The notes below the pieces were generated by a model. That model had not been told where the DNA came from. It ran no database searches and saw only the letters and a program-made list of their open reading frames with translations. A stretch of 64,000 nucleotides of DNA from positions 930,001-994,000 of the forward strand of contig ML996688.1 of the NCBI GenBank assembly GCA_010356995.1, given 5' to 3'. Both the position numbers and the translations under genes were made by a program. Of the stretch, positions 26,205 through 37,897 are shown piece after piece. Position 1 is the stretch's first letter. Every line of letters begins with the position of its first letter. This DNA comes from Trichodelitschia bisporula. Taxonomy: Eukaryota.

Positions 26205-27599
26205 CTGGCTCGATCATATCGAGACTTCGCCCTCGACTATGGAATACAAGAACACCACTCGGGAGAAGGCGACTCTACCGTTGGCGCGACCGCAGGGCAT
26301 CACCATCATCAGACCGCGAGCGTGGACCCGCAGCATCATCAAAATCTGCTTCAGCAGTACGGCTTAGCCGCAGCCACAGCGGTAGCTGCCGGGGGGCATC
26401 AGCATCAACATCAGCAGAATCCGTTTCTGCAGGTCTCTTCGCCGCTCCAGACGCTTCAGCAACAACATGGGGTGCAGCATCATCAGCACCTGGTACGAGT
26501 CTCAAGCGTAGTCGAATCTGCCAATCCGGCGACCACTCCTATCCACGCGCCCCAAATGCTGCGTCACCAGCAGCAGATGTCCCATCACCACCACGCCCCC
26601 GCCTATGCCACCGGTCCCTCAGTAGCCGGCTCTTCTGCCCACTCCCACCACTCCCACCTCGACTACGCCCCACCGCCATCGCGGAAGCGCTCCCGCCCCG
26701 GAGACGACCTCCAACTCGACCTCCAAGGCCTCTCGGGCCTCACAGATGTCGGCCATACGTCATCGGATTCGCTTGTCGAGCTCACCCCGCATGGCCGCCA
26801 CGCACAATCCCAGCACTCCCATCACCAGCCTCAGCACTCCCACTCCCACTCTCATTCTCATTCGCACTCCCATCAGCACCATCAGATCCCTACGCCCCTC
26901 TACCAGCAGGTCCCGGGTCCGGGACAGAATATCCCACCTCCGCTCCCTACGCCGCCACAGCACCATCACCACCGCCTGCCGAACCAACCGCCCCCGAACA
27001 AAATGCGCCGCCTGGGAGGGGGCTATGGCGATTCCTCTCCCACGGCGCCGCATCACCACCACGGCCCGCCGAGCGTGGTAGGGCAAGAAGGGATGCCCGC
27101 GCCCGCACCGCGACCACGGGGCCCAAAGCTCAAATTTACGCCGGAGGACGACCAGCTACTGGTGGACTTGAAGGAGAAGAAAAACCTGACGTGGAAGCAA
27201 ATTGCCGACTTCTTCCCGGGACGAAGCTCGGGGACCCTCCAAGTGCGATACTGTACCAAGCTTAAGGCGAAGACAACGGTTTGGACGGACGAAATGGTAC
27301 GTTTTTGTGTTCTGCGCGTGTTTGGTGTGAGGCGCCCGCAAGGCTAACCACGTGAATAGGTCCTCAAGCTGCGCAATGCAATGCGAGAGTATGAAAATGA
27401 CAGGTGGCGCATCATATCAACGAAAGTGGGGAGCGGGTTCTCGCCGACAGCGTGTAAGGAGAAGGCCAGCGAGATTGCGGCGGTGGATGCGGGGGAGACA
27501 GTGGACGATCCCGCGACCGCGGACGAGAGCAGTTTCGATCAGGCGCAAACCGAGCAGCCGGGTTCGGCATCGACGGATCATGGTCCGGGTTTTCAATGA
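26205..27599 (+). CDS. Two-repeat Myb transcription factor with His/Gln-rich N-terminus (Myb-C); start codon uncertain; intron 27297-27359
   Basis: PRPRGPKLKFTPEDDQLLVDLKEKKNLTWKQIADFFPGRSSGTLQVRYCTKLKAKTTVWTDEM|VLKLRNAMREYENDRWRIISTKVG. The frame is open from 26175 but the first in-frame ATG is at 26556. Confidence 0.88.
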
Positions 27600-28361
27600 C
27601 AATTAGCCCCTCTTTTCAGCCTGCAGGCTGTACGATAGAGGAGGGGCGTATATTCGTGTGGCTGGGCCACATGGGGAGGTATTGATACGAACTGTGAGGT
27701 CTATCCGAGTTTCTTAGGTGAGGGGTGCGGGTGGTGTTTTCGATACGATCTTTTACCCACTTTATGGTATTGTTTAGCTGTAGATCTTTGCATCATTTTT
27801 CTTCCACGTTGGCAGAGGGGAAGGGCATCACTCGGCGTCGGTAGATGTAGGCAAAGAGGGGGGATGTACGGCGTTTACACACGGACGATACGGCGGAACA
27901 CGATACACTCGCTTTCATGGTCATGGAATCACGGCTCATTTGCGCATACTACAGAAACGGAGAGGAACCATTGTCTTCAGGTGGTGGTAGGGACCTAGGC
28001 GCTCCAGGCACGAAAGAACAAAAGAGAAGACACGGCGCGGTCGGTGGTAACTCGTTTTACAGGATCTTAGATGATTTTCATCGTTTGCTGGCAGATTTTC
28101 TCCTGCAGAGATACCCTTTTACTCTTTGTTTCGTCTCGGTCGCTATATGGGGATAGGGGAGTCGAGGGGCCATCAGGATCGAGACCACACACTCGCTGCT
28201 GCTGGTTTGGGTACATCCGCACTTCTTTGCTTGTTGTCTATTTGGAGGGAACAGGACGTATAGGGAGATAGGGCTAGCAACGCGTTTCTTTCATCGTTCA
28301 CCTGATTTCAAATGCACCCCCGCATCAGCTCTCCCCCGCGTCTCGCTCCTCGCCAAGTTGC

Positions 28362-29204
28362 TCAGAACCTAACCCTCACCCCCGTGCTCATATAGACATC
28401 AATGCAGAAAAAAGCCCGCGAATATAGAGCGTTATGCGCGAGCGTTCCGCACGGCACGTGCGCCCGCCACCCCCGCATGGCCATGTTGTTGCATCTATAC
28501 GGGCGTCTTTGTAAGCCCCTGCGCCGCCCCAGTGCTGCCGCGGCGCCGATCCTTAGGTATAGGGAGCGGGGCGTGGTGATAAAGCCCTGCGGCGGGGTGG
28601 CTCTGCGGGGGGTGGGGAAGGAGGGGGGCGCGGGCGATGGACGGCGCGAGCACTGGAAAGGCGAGGCGAGGCGAGAAAGGGCGGGCTCTATATCTCCAAC
28701 GGGGGCCTGCGGATAAGTCTGCACAGAGGAGGGGCCGGTTGGCGCCAGGGCTTTGCTGTTAAGTCCGCGCACGGCGCCGGGGGCAACGGGCGGCGGGCCT
28801 GCGGCTGACTCGTGAGGCTGGGCTGGCTCGGCGGTGTGGCGGGCCTGGTCCTGGGCTATAGCGGCGGTGGGGAGACGGCGGGCGGCGTTGCGTCCGGGTG
28901 GGGCGGCTTGGGGGGCGGGGATGGGGTGGGTTGAGTTCGGGAGGAGGCCGGGCTGGGGAGGGGTGGGCCGAGTGCAGAGCTTGGTGAGGAGAAGATAAGT
29001 GGGCGCTGGGTGGTGGCGAGGCGTTGGGCTGGGAGGGGGGAAGGGGTTGAGGCTAGACGGGTGGAAGGCGGGGGGTATATGTTCGTTGATATAGATCGGT
29101 GGTGGCGTGTGAGTGGCTGCTGGGCGGCGGGCTGGACTGTAAGTGTTTAGTTGGCTAGCCTCAGACGCTTGAGAGGAATTGGAGGGATTGGTTGAGATGA
29201 TCAC
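28362..29204 (-). CDS. Possible Pro-rich hypothetical protein (doubtful)
   Basis: 280-codon open frame with a non-ATG start, low complexity and no domain. Sense strand is C-rich, as at gene 5' ends in this genome. Confidence 0.2.
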   Translation of the reverse strand: MIISTNPSNSSQASEASQLNTYSPARRPAATHTPPPIYINEHIPPAFHPSSLNPFPPPSPTPRHHPAPTYLLLTKLCTRPTPPQPGLLPNSTHPIPAPQAAPPGRNAARRLPTAAIAQDQARHTAEPAQPHESAAGPPPVAPGAVRGLNSKALAPTGPSSVQTYPQAPVGDIEPALSRLASPFQCSRRPSPAPPSFPTPRRATPPQGFITTPRSLYLRIGAAAALGRRRGLQRRPYRCNNMAMRGWRAHVPCGTLAHNALYSRAFFCIDVYMSTGVRVRF

Positions 29205-30476
29205 AGAGCTGGTGGACTTGCGGGTGGGGGGCTGGTTGGTGAGCTTCTTGTTCTGTGGTGGGAGGTGGGGGTTTGGATGTAGACGAAGGGTGATCGCGTC
29301 ATTGGGCGCCTGCGGAAGCTAACGCGGCTTTGACGGCGAGCAAGATTGGACACCTGCGATGCTCTACTGGCTCAGACTCATATTTGGGTGAGCCAAGTTT
29401 TGTCGAGGCTTGCAGAGATTCGGCGTGCCTGGAAAGCCAGTATGGGATGGGATATCCGGCTTTGATCAAGGCGGAAATGGAAAGACCTTACGAGCTATCA
29501 AGAGAATAAATTGACTCCGGTACATGGAGCAAGTTTCGGATATACTTCCGGAAGTAGACGGTATCGGGAAGGCAGTCATGGTCGGCTCATGTGGCCGCAT
29601 CCCGCGCTTTCCGGCCCGACTCCAATACTGGAAACCGGGGACACAGTCGGCACTTGGTGTGCTTTATGACCTTGCCGCTTTCATACTCTCTACACTCCCC
29701 AAAAAAGAGGGAAGGTCAGGAAGGTCAGGAAGGTTATTTGATATCTCTGGCAAAGTTTTTCGAGATGCCCGGTTTCCGCTTTCAGTTTTGTTGGCCATAA
29801 ACTTGATGCCTATGCGTCATGGCCTGTTCCGTGTGCTAGTGCCAAAATCCAAACGGAGTCTATTGATATTATACTGTTTATCAGCTTCTGGAAGACAACT
29901 GGACAAGGATTCGAGTTGGAGCTTCCGCTTCTCATTCCTGTTTGGATGGTGGAAGGTCATCTGCGGTAGCATGAGGCGGCGGGCTTTTGATACGGTCTGA
30001 GATACTTTTTGGTTGGATGCAATCTTACCCCATCAAAAGATTTGTTCAATATTTTGCTTGTGAACTCAAAGCAGGCGAAGAAAAAATAGTTGCAGCATCA
30101 CAAATGCCGCGTCGGAGATGGTTGAGGTGGCTGTGGTTGAGATAAGGCTGGAGGTCATCACCAGAAAAAGTCGTGGCCGTACCTGCCTATGGCTCAAGGG
30201 CCATCCTAAAATATTGTAACGGCCCTGGGGGCCGTTTTTGCAAGTGGAAGCGGTAGTAACTTTCTTCAGTGGCACTTGGTCGGTGCGCCTTGCATAGAAC
30301 AAGCCACTGGAGAAGCGGCTGCAACTTTTTAGCGTGGCTCGTGGGTCTTGGTGTCGGTAGCGGCAAATGGTTAACCCGCTCCAGGCCGCACACCAGATTT
30401 CGCAAAGAGATTCCCCCACCAATTCATCTCCGCCTCGACAAGATATCCACGACACCTCACACACAAATACGCCAAA

Positions 30477-31112
30477 ATGTCTTCAAAGCGGGGGTATGTG
30501 CTGCCAGCGGTGGAATTGCCGCCTCCGTATTTTTCTGGACAGCGAAGTTAACGAATTCACAGTCGTGGTTCCTCCGGGAACAAGCTCAAGATGACGCTCG
30601 GTCTTCCTGTGTACGCAACCCCCCCGCTCTCCTCGCGATACTCGAAATACGTTCCTTCGATGCTCGAAACTCTTGAGAAGGATTCCTTTGGCTAACATGT
30701 GCACAGCGGTGCCGTCATGAATTGCTGCGACAACTCGGGTGCTCGCAACCTGTACATCATCTCCGTCAAGGGCATTGGCGCGCGCCTGAACCGTCTCCCC
30801 GCTGCCGGCGTTGGCGACATGGTCATGGCGACCGTCAAGAAGGGCAAGCCTGAGCTCCGCAAGAAGGTCATGCCGGCGGTGGTCGTGCGCCAGAGCAAGC
30901 CGTGGCGTCGGGCGGACGGCATCTACCTCTACTTCGAGGACAATGCTGGTGTTATCGTCAACCCCAAGGGCGAGATGAAGGGCTCGGCCATCACTGGGCC
31001 GGTTGGCAAGGAGGCTGCTGAGCTGTGGCCGGTACGTTTTGTCCACTTGGAGTGGAAGATTGAGGCTAACTCCCGCTAGCGTATTGCCAGCAACTCCGGT
31101 GTGGTGATGTGA
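30477..31112 (+). CDS. RPL23: 60S ribosomal protein L23 (uL14); exons 30477-30493, 30563-30610, 30707-31031, 31080-31112
   Basis: [37 protein letters not shown]...[11 protein letters not shown]...[25 protein letters not shown]...[12 protein letters not shown]. Confidence 0.98.
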
Positions 31113-31628
31113 AATGGTTTCTTGCATGTTTTCTGCTGGGTTCAACGGTGCATCTGGACGGGTGTATATCCTCTGCGACGTAGACTTCGGCGCATATAGC
31201 GCGGTCGTGGAATGAAAACAGTTGAAGGACAATGAATCACGAATTGTGCGAGGGCAATTCGACTGTTGAATGTGCACAGTGGGCATGCTCAGTCTGTCAA
31301 TATCCGAAGGCATAGTACGCGACATCCACCAATGTCGGTCGTGTCGTTTGATTACTAGACCATGTTTATCTCGGCAGACAAGGCTCTAGCTCGACTAGTC
31401 GGTGACGTATCGCTCATCAGTTCAACCTCTTCTATAGTGTATACGACTCTGTCCATCGCCGGGTCTGGAGGGTCTTGTCTGCTGAATGATATATGCAGGG
31501 CCGACTTCTCTCGATGCCAGATGTCCACAGAGCTTCCAATGGTGTTCAGTCTGCTTATTTACAGCAAAAAACCCCCGATTGTTCCGGCACTTGAGCCCGG
31601 TCATCGGGGGCCCAAACAGCCCAAGTTG

Positions 31629-32721
31629 TTATTCTATGCTCGGCCAGCCGCCCTCGAAAGAGAGCTTGTTCCACCCGAACGACTTCCGCCCATCCTCCGC
31701 GTTCGGGTTGATTTTTCTGTCCACTTGCGGCCCGTCAGTACGCCATTGCCTCCGTATACATGATCTGAGAACTCACCATAGTGGTAGTAAAGCACCGGTC
31801 CATGCTTAGGATCGTTGAACACACCCTGCCCACCAGCCGCATACACATTCCCATGACTTTGCAGTACAACCGTCCCCCCACCCTTCGTACACGACTTCCC
31901 GCTCTTATCCACATACGTCCCCGTGGCGCTATCCGCTCGACACACCTTGATCTTATACTCATCCCCCGGCTTCACATTCTTCAAGTTACAACAACTCCCA
32001 TGACTGAAAAACACATAATACTTCCCGGCATGCGGGAAGATATACCCGCCCTCCACCGGGTTGCCCTTGACCACCGTGTCTCTCACTATATTCCGCACGT
32101 CCCCGCCCCCGCGCTTCGTCGGGCTGCTCATGTCTACGACTTGCAACCCGTCCCAGAAGGACCCGAATGTGAGGAAGAGTTTGCTGCCCGCGGCGACTAG
32201 GTTCCCGTCGATGGCGTTGTAGTTCCCGCCCTTGTTGGCGCCTGTGGAGACGCCCGTGCTGCCGTGATCGGTCCAGTCGCCTGCGTTCATGGACTTAGAG
32301 CTTGCGACGCCGATGACGCTGTCTTTGGCGCCGAAGGTGCTGACGCTGTAGTAGCAGTAGTATGTGTCGCCGACTTTTTGCACGTCGGGTGCCTGGCGCA
32401 CACATTACATTAGCCACCAATCCTCATGTTCGGAGCGGACCCACGCACCCACGGATCCCCGGCATTCTTGTGTGACACGTTTGCCCGCCCCTTCAGTACG
32501 CTCCCGGCCCGTTTCCAGGGCCCGCTGATGGAGGGCGCGGTGTGGATGCTGATGCCGTCGTGCGATGCGAAGCGGAAATATGTCCCGTCGGAGGTGCGCT
32601 GGATGAGTGCTGGGTCGTGGACCAGGCTCGTGCAGGCGCCGCTGCAGGGGCCTGGGTTCGCAGCTGCGCTCACCAGCAGCACGGAGTGCAGCAAGGAGAG
32701 GAGGAGGGCAAGGAGACGCAT
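31629..32721 (-). CDS. Secreted GH43 endo-1,5-alpha-L-arabinanase; exons 32721-32449, 32392-31777, 31723-31629
   Basis: Signal peptide; ANPGPCSG; HDP (general base); W|APDV; NAIDGN; GSFW; VEGGY (general acid); GGQG; FGWN..GWP. Confidence 0.93.
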
Positions 32722-33468
32722 TTTTGCGGGGAGGAGGGCCGCTGGATGTGAGGTGGAGGTTCGGCCATCGTGGAGATTTTTTGTAAGGGTGAGGTTAATG
32801 AACAGATCGGCCAGGGCACGCGGGATAATATCCAGAGACCAATATAGATGGCTTTGGGGTACTGTGGGGAGCGAGTAGATGCTGGTCGGTTGGGTCACGG
32901 GGGTGCAATTTGTCTCTGACTGCCTTATATGGCAATGTACCTAATAAGCGGGGTCACTGCCGATTCGACGAACGCTGATGTAGAGACACTGATCGGAAGG
33001 TCGGAAATCGGGATTGAGAGCTTCTTTTCAGCTTTGGAAGAGTTTTGAGCAGATCTGTAACTGGAAAGTGAGCATAATCAGTTACCAAAGCTGGTATTAC
33101 CAAACGGAGGAAGGCTGCTAGCTGAAACACGATTGAGAAAATCTGACAGCCGTCAGGCTGAGCGTTTCTGTATATATCTCAGCACTTGGCAGGCCCATAG
33201 CTTAGTGGCTCTCCACTAATTCTTTCTGGCAAGATAGCAGCCAAGGTACACTTGACGTCCAGCGCGGAAGGCAGAGGGCTTGAACACACAATTTAGTTAC
33301 GTCAGTGGGCCCAGGGTACCAGCTTGTCTTGACAAGCCCTCATGATTCTTGAGACAACTTGACTACAGAAAAAGAGCTTTTATAGGTATGCGGAAGAGAG
33401 TATTATCGCTTTCGTTCATAGGTGCGGACCAAGGGTATTCGCAAAACCAAGAGCAACACCTGCGTCCC

Positions 33469-35192
33469 TCAAATGTGCGCGGTACTATGGCCACTCGGTC
33501 CCTCGGACGCATCTGAAACCATGTTAGCCCGTGGCACCGAATCCGAGGGGATTTGCTTACAGTCGACCGTAACAAAGGCCCGATCGACCTCTCCCAGCCC
33601 TTCCAAGCAGTACTGGAGGGTCTCCGCAATGTCATGTGCCTGGATCAGTGGGTGGTAGGGGGGCAGCAGAATATCAACTTCAACCCAGACTCCGTCGCCG
33701 GCGTGGTAAGCCTTGATGCTTTTAAAGCCTGTGACGACCGGCGCAAACCGGTATACGAGGAAGTGGATTTTGCGTAGGAGTCGCAGGTCTACTGCTAATC
33801 CACTGAGACGGGTAACGTTGTCGAATGCTGTGCCTCCCCAGTCCCAAATGATGAACAACGAAAGCAGAAGCGCACCAAGAGGATCAAGCCACCAAATGTC
33901 AAGTTTAAGGCCAATGGCGGGAAAAGCAAGAGAGAAGGTGTTGAAGAAGACGTCGGTCTTGCAATCTGTGAGTATTAGTTATACGGCACGCGATAAGATC
34001 GTAGGATATGACCTTGAGCTAGCGCTTGGACTTGAGTTGTCTTTATTGGCATGCAGGCAAACCAAATGATGCCTTTGACGACAATGGTGCTGGCCATGCC
34101 GAAAATGCCAACCTTTGACAAGGCTGCGGTCACGTGCTTACCCGAGGGCAGCAGAGTCTGAACTGACTCCTGCAAAATCTGCGCGAAGGACACAATCATG
34201 ATCTAACGCACTAGTTAGAACCAGATTTCACCAGATCGGCAAGTACTTACGACGGAGAAGACCAGGATTCCTAGTGGTTCCAGTCGGCGTCGACCGACCT
34301 GTGAAATATTCTAGTCAGAGTCCAAAGCTAGTTATGCGTGAACCATACCGGAAAGCGTCGCTGCAGATAAGATATGCGCCATTCAGCTAGTTTATTTGTA
34401 GTCCATATGATGATAGTGCAAAGCAAATCCAAGGCGGAATCGACCATCGATGCGATGAGCGAAAGAGATGACGAGTAGAACACGGCCCCGACCTTGACTG
34501 CCAGGAGGAGAATGTTGGCGACGACGTTGATCTGAAGGGAAATATAAGCATTTCGGGATCTTCATGTCATTTAAGAGTGTATGCCCACATTGATGGCCCA
34601 ACGGGCACGGTGTTTCGCCTTTCGGCGACTCTTCCGCTCGACTTCTGGCAGAAATGCCTCTACGTCTTCCCCAAGGTTTTGCAAAGCACCAGGCCTTTCT
34701 GAATGACGGTAAGCCTATATAGCTTAGGGGGATGGGAAGAGTTACCAGCAACACCGTCATGATCTTGATCTGGGTCGAAGCTCTCGAATATGTCGTCTGC
34801 TACTGATGTGACTATCGTGTCGACCTCAAGCCAATCATCAAGAGTTTCGTTTTGAGCCTCGTAGAACTGGCGAATCTTCTTGTCTTTGATTGCCTTGATC
34901 TGAGACCATGAGGATTAGAGAGGCATATGTGATGGGTAGATTGAAGTACCTCGGTGGGATGTTTGCGAAACCTTTCGAACTGAGTCCGCTCCACATCCTC
35001 GAGAAGCCGCGACTTCAGCTCCTCACGCCGCTCATCCTCCTGAGCTCGGTCGGCTTCATCTGTGAACCGTGAGGTCCGCGGTCGCGGCTCCGGGGTCTTG
35101 GTTGGTTTCGTCGGGCCCGGTAGGTAGTCGCCATTACCATCAACGTAACCACCGCTGATGCGAGGGTCGGTTAACGTGCGTTTCCCAACCAT
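33469..35192 (-). CDS. Cation diffusion facilitator, probably Mn-CDF type; multi-exon
   Basis: ASMVDSALD (TM2 DxxxD), FPVGRRRLEPLGILVFS, QDCKTD (TM5 DxxxD), AYHAGD, HDIAETLQ, RAFVTVD|YASEGPSGH. Confidence 0.88.
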
Positions 35193-35438
35193 TGAGTATG
35201 AAAGAAAGCGAAAGGCAGGATGTGGAAGTTGAGGACAAGCTGTGCAGGAGCTAAGAGGAGCAGGTAGATCTAGAAAAATGTGGCTGTCGACGCCGAGAAA
35301 CCAGAAAGCTTGTTTCCATTGCAAAAAGGCTATGGATCTTGACTAACAGGAAAGAGACGCGCCAGATCGTGTGGTTGTTGTGACCTGCATGCGACGGGGA
35401 GCCGGACAGGAAGCCAGGAACGCGTTGTGCGACCCACT

Positions 35439-35446
35439 TGACGTCA
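35439..35446. promoter_or_regulatory. CRE/ATF palindrome TGACGTCA in the divergent CDF-TIM50 promoter
   Basis: Perfect 8-bp bZIP consensus between two divergent start codons. Function untested. Confidence 0.35.
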
Positions 35447-35638
35447 TATCTGACAGAATGTAGGGAAGGCGACGAGGCGACGAGGCTATTGATGTTTGAG
35501 GCATCAATTTAGCGGCGGACGGATCGGAAAAACGTCATGTCCCTCGCGCATTCTCATACTATCGCTCTCCACTTGCTTGTCTGGGAACTTTTCTGGACTT
35601 AAGGTGAAAGCTTGCGCTCTAGTCATGTTGGCTAGTTA

Positions 35639-37442
35639 ATGCAACGCTTTACCCCATTCTACACCATGATGTTATCCCGAGCTGCTGCGCGGACCTTCCC
35701 CGCGCGGATTGCGCTCGCTCGTCCCACTCCCGCACCGCAATCCTTCGCCGCGCAATGGGCTAGGCAAAAGACCACCGCCCCCCCCAAGAAGCCATTGACG
35801 AACAAGAATACCTCAAGCACCGCTTCCCGCTCGACTACGCTGCCTAGCAAGTCTTCGCGAAGCGCCGCAGCTGCCGCCAACCCCACTTCCGGCAAATACA
35901 AGGCCACACAGGCCCAATCGACGGCTCGGAGCTCAGCAGAGTTCAATGCCAAAGCCTCCCCGCGGAAGAACACTGCACCTGAGGAACAGCCAGGTCCTGG
36001 AGCCTCTAGCCTGAAAGGTGGAGCGGGAGAGAGCTCGAATGTGGAGTTTGAAGGCGCAAAGTCGGCCGAGACGAATGCCACCACACCCAATGCTCGAACC
36101 CCTCTTCCCGATCTTCGGCAAGGCATACCCTCAACTTTTGAGCAAGAGTTCCTGAACAAAGATGGAGGCGCAGGCGGCAAGGCGCACCACAACATCACCG
36201 AGAGTGACCGTGATCCGGATGAGCCGACCGGTACCCCCCAGCGGGAGGAGGGCGACCTTCCTCGATCCGCCTACAAGACATCCATTGACAGGCGGAGAGA
36301 GCGGATGGCGACCATTATGTACATCGTGTTTGCGGGCTTTGGCGTCACCGGTGCTGTCTACCTGGGACGCGACTGGGATGATGAGGAAGAGGAGCGGGCG
36401 CATCCTGATACTCCATCCGGCTGGGGCGTGGGGCTCTTCTACGACCGGATCAAGGCCCGGGTTGCGACCTCATTGGGCTACTATACTGAGCCGACATTCC
36501 CCAAGCTTCTTCCTGAAATGACACCGCCGCCGCCATATACGCTTGTCCTGAGCTTGGAGGACTTGCTGGTCCACAGCGAGTGGGACCGCGAGCACGGATG
36601 GCGGACAGCGAAGCGACCTGGGCTGGACTACTTCCTGCGCTATCTGAGCCAGTACTACGAGCTCGTCCTCTTCACAAGCCTGCCGATGGGTTACGCTGAC
36701 ACGATCATTCGGAAGATGGACCCTTATCACATCATCATGTTCCCCCTCTTCCGCGAAGCTACCCGCTATGAGAAGGGAGAGTACGTTAAGGTGAGTAGTT
36801 CAAACCTACCTCATCGCACGCAACTAACTGAATCGAAAGGACCTGTCATTCCTCAACCGACCTCTCAGCCGCACCATCCTGATCGATACAAAGGCAGTCC
36901 ATGCCAAGCATCAGCCTGAGAACGCGATTATACTTGAGCCATGGAAGGGGGCGCCTGGTGACCGCGAACTGGTCTCCCTCATTCCCTTCCTTGAACACGT
37001 CGCAACCATGGGCATCGATGATGTCCGGGAGGCCATCAAGTCCTTTGAAGGCAAGCACATTCCGACGGAGTTTGCCAGGAGAGAGGCCATCGCTCGTGAG
37101 GAGTTCAACAAGCAGTTCGCTGCGGAGAAGGCAAAGAAGCCCAGGAAGTCCGGACTGGGTTTCGTTCAGAGCGCACTGGGTCTCAAGAACCAGGGCGGCC
37201 TTGCGCTTGACGATGGCCGACCTATTTCTGAGGGTCTCGCCGAGGGTAAGATGTACTCGGACTTGATTCGGGAGCAGGGTATGAAGCGCTATCAGGCGCT
37301 GGAGAAGGAGATTCGCGAGAATGGCCATAAGTGGCTCAAGGAGGAGGCTGAGATGGAGAAAAAGATGCAGGAAGAGCAACTGAAGAGCATGAAGAGCGGG
37401 GTGAAGAGCTTCTGGGGAGTGGGAGGAGACGAGAAGAAGTAG
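35639..37442 (+). CDS. TIM50: Mitochondrial import inner membrane translocase subunit Tim50; intron 36791-36839; start may be 35666
   Basis: Arg/Ala-rich presequence, one TM, and an FCP1-like domain YTLVLSLEDLLVHSEW..GWRTAKRPG..YYELVLFTS..YVK|DLSFLNR. Confidence 0.95.
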
Positions 37443-37897
37443 ATTCACGTGTGTGTGTAAAGACGACCATTCCTCTCTTGATTCTTGTGCATTGTCTGCG
37501 GCGGCGGAGGCAAAAAACAGCGGCCTTGTCAAACTAGCTAGTAATGGATCCAGTGTATCATAAGTCTCCACGATCTTGAGCTTCTCGCCGTCCCATGAAG
37601 TCGCAACGGCCTGCCCGTTGTGGTTAGCCGATGTTAGCCGCGATAACGGGGGACCTGTGGGGAGGCGGGAAGCTCACTCCCTTGCCGAGCTCCGAACTCC
37701 CCTCCACCCAATGACCCCACAGTTTGGACAGCTCGACATGCGGAGATGCCCTGCAGGTCGGACACGCGCCTACCTCATACCCCTAGCGGCGTGTCAGCGC
37801 ATGTTCCCTATCGCCATGCATTGGCCTATAAAGTAGAACCGTTCCCCATTGTCGGTGCTGCACTACCGTACCTTGTGCTTCCTCCCCGCCCGACACG

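Noticed and set aside
26189..27265. 358-aa overlapping ORF as an independent protein
   Set aside because: Low-complexity shadow frame of the His/Gln/Pro-rich Myb-C sequence. Retained only as a possible regulatory overlapping uORF.
30483..31325. 280-aa minus-strand ORF, and similar antisense ORFs over GH3, TIM50, XPF and GGCT
   Set aside because: Antisense shadows of codon-biased real genes.
32948..32953. CreA-type site GCGGGG upstream of the arabinanase
   Set aside because: A single degenerate 6-mer is too frequent in this GC-rich sequence to call.
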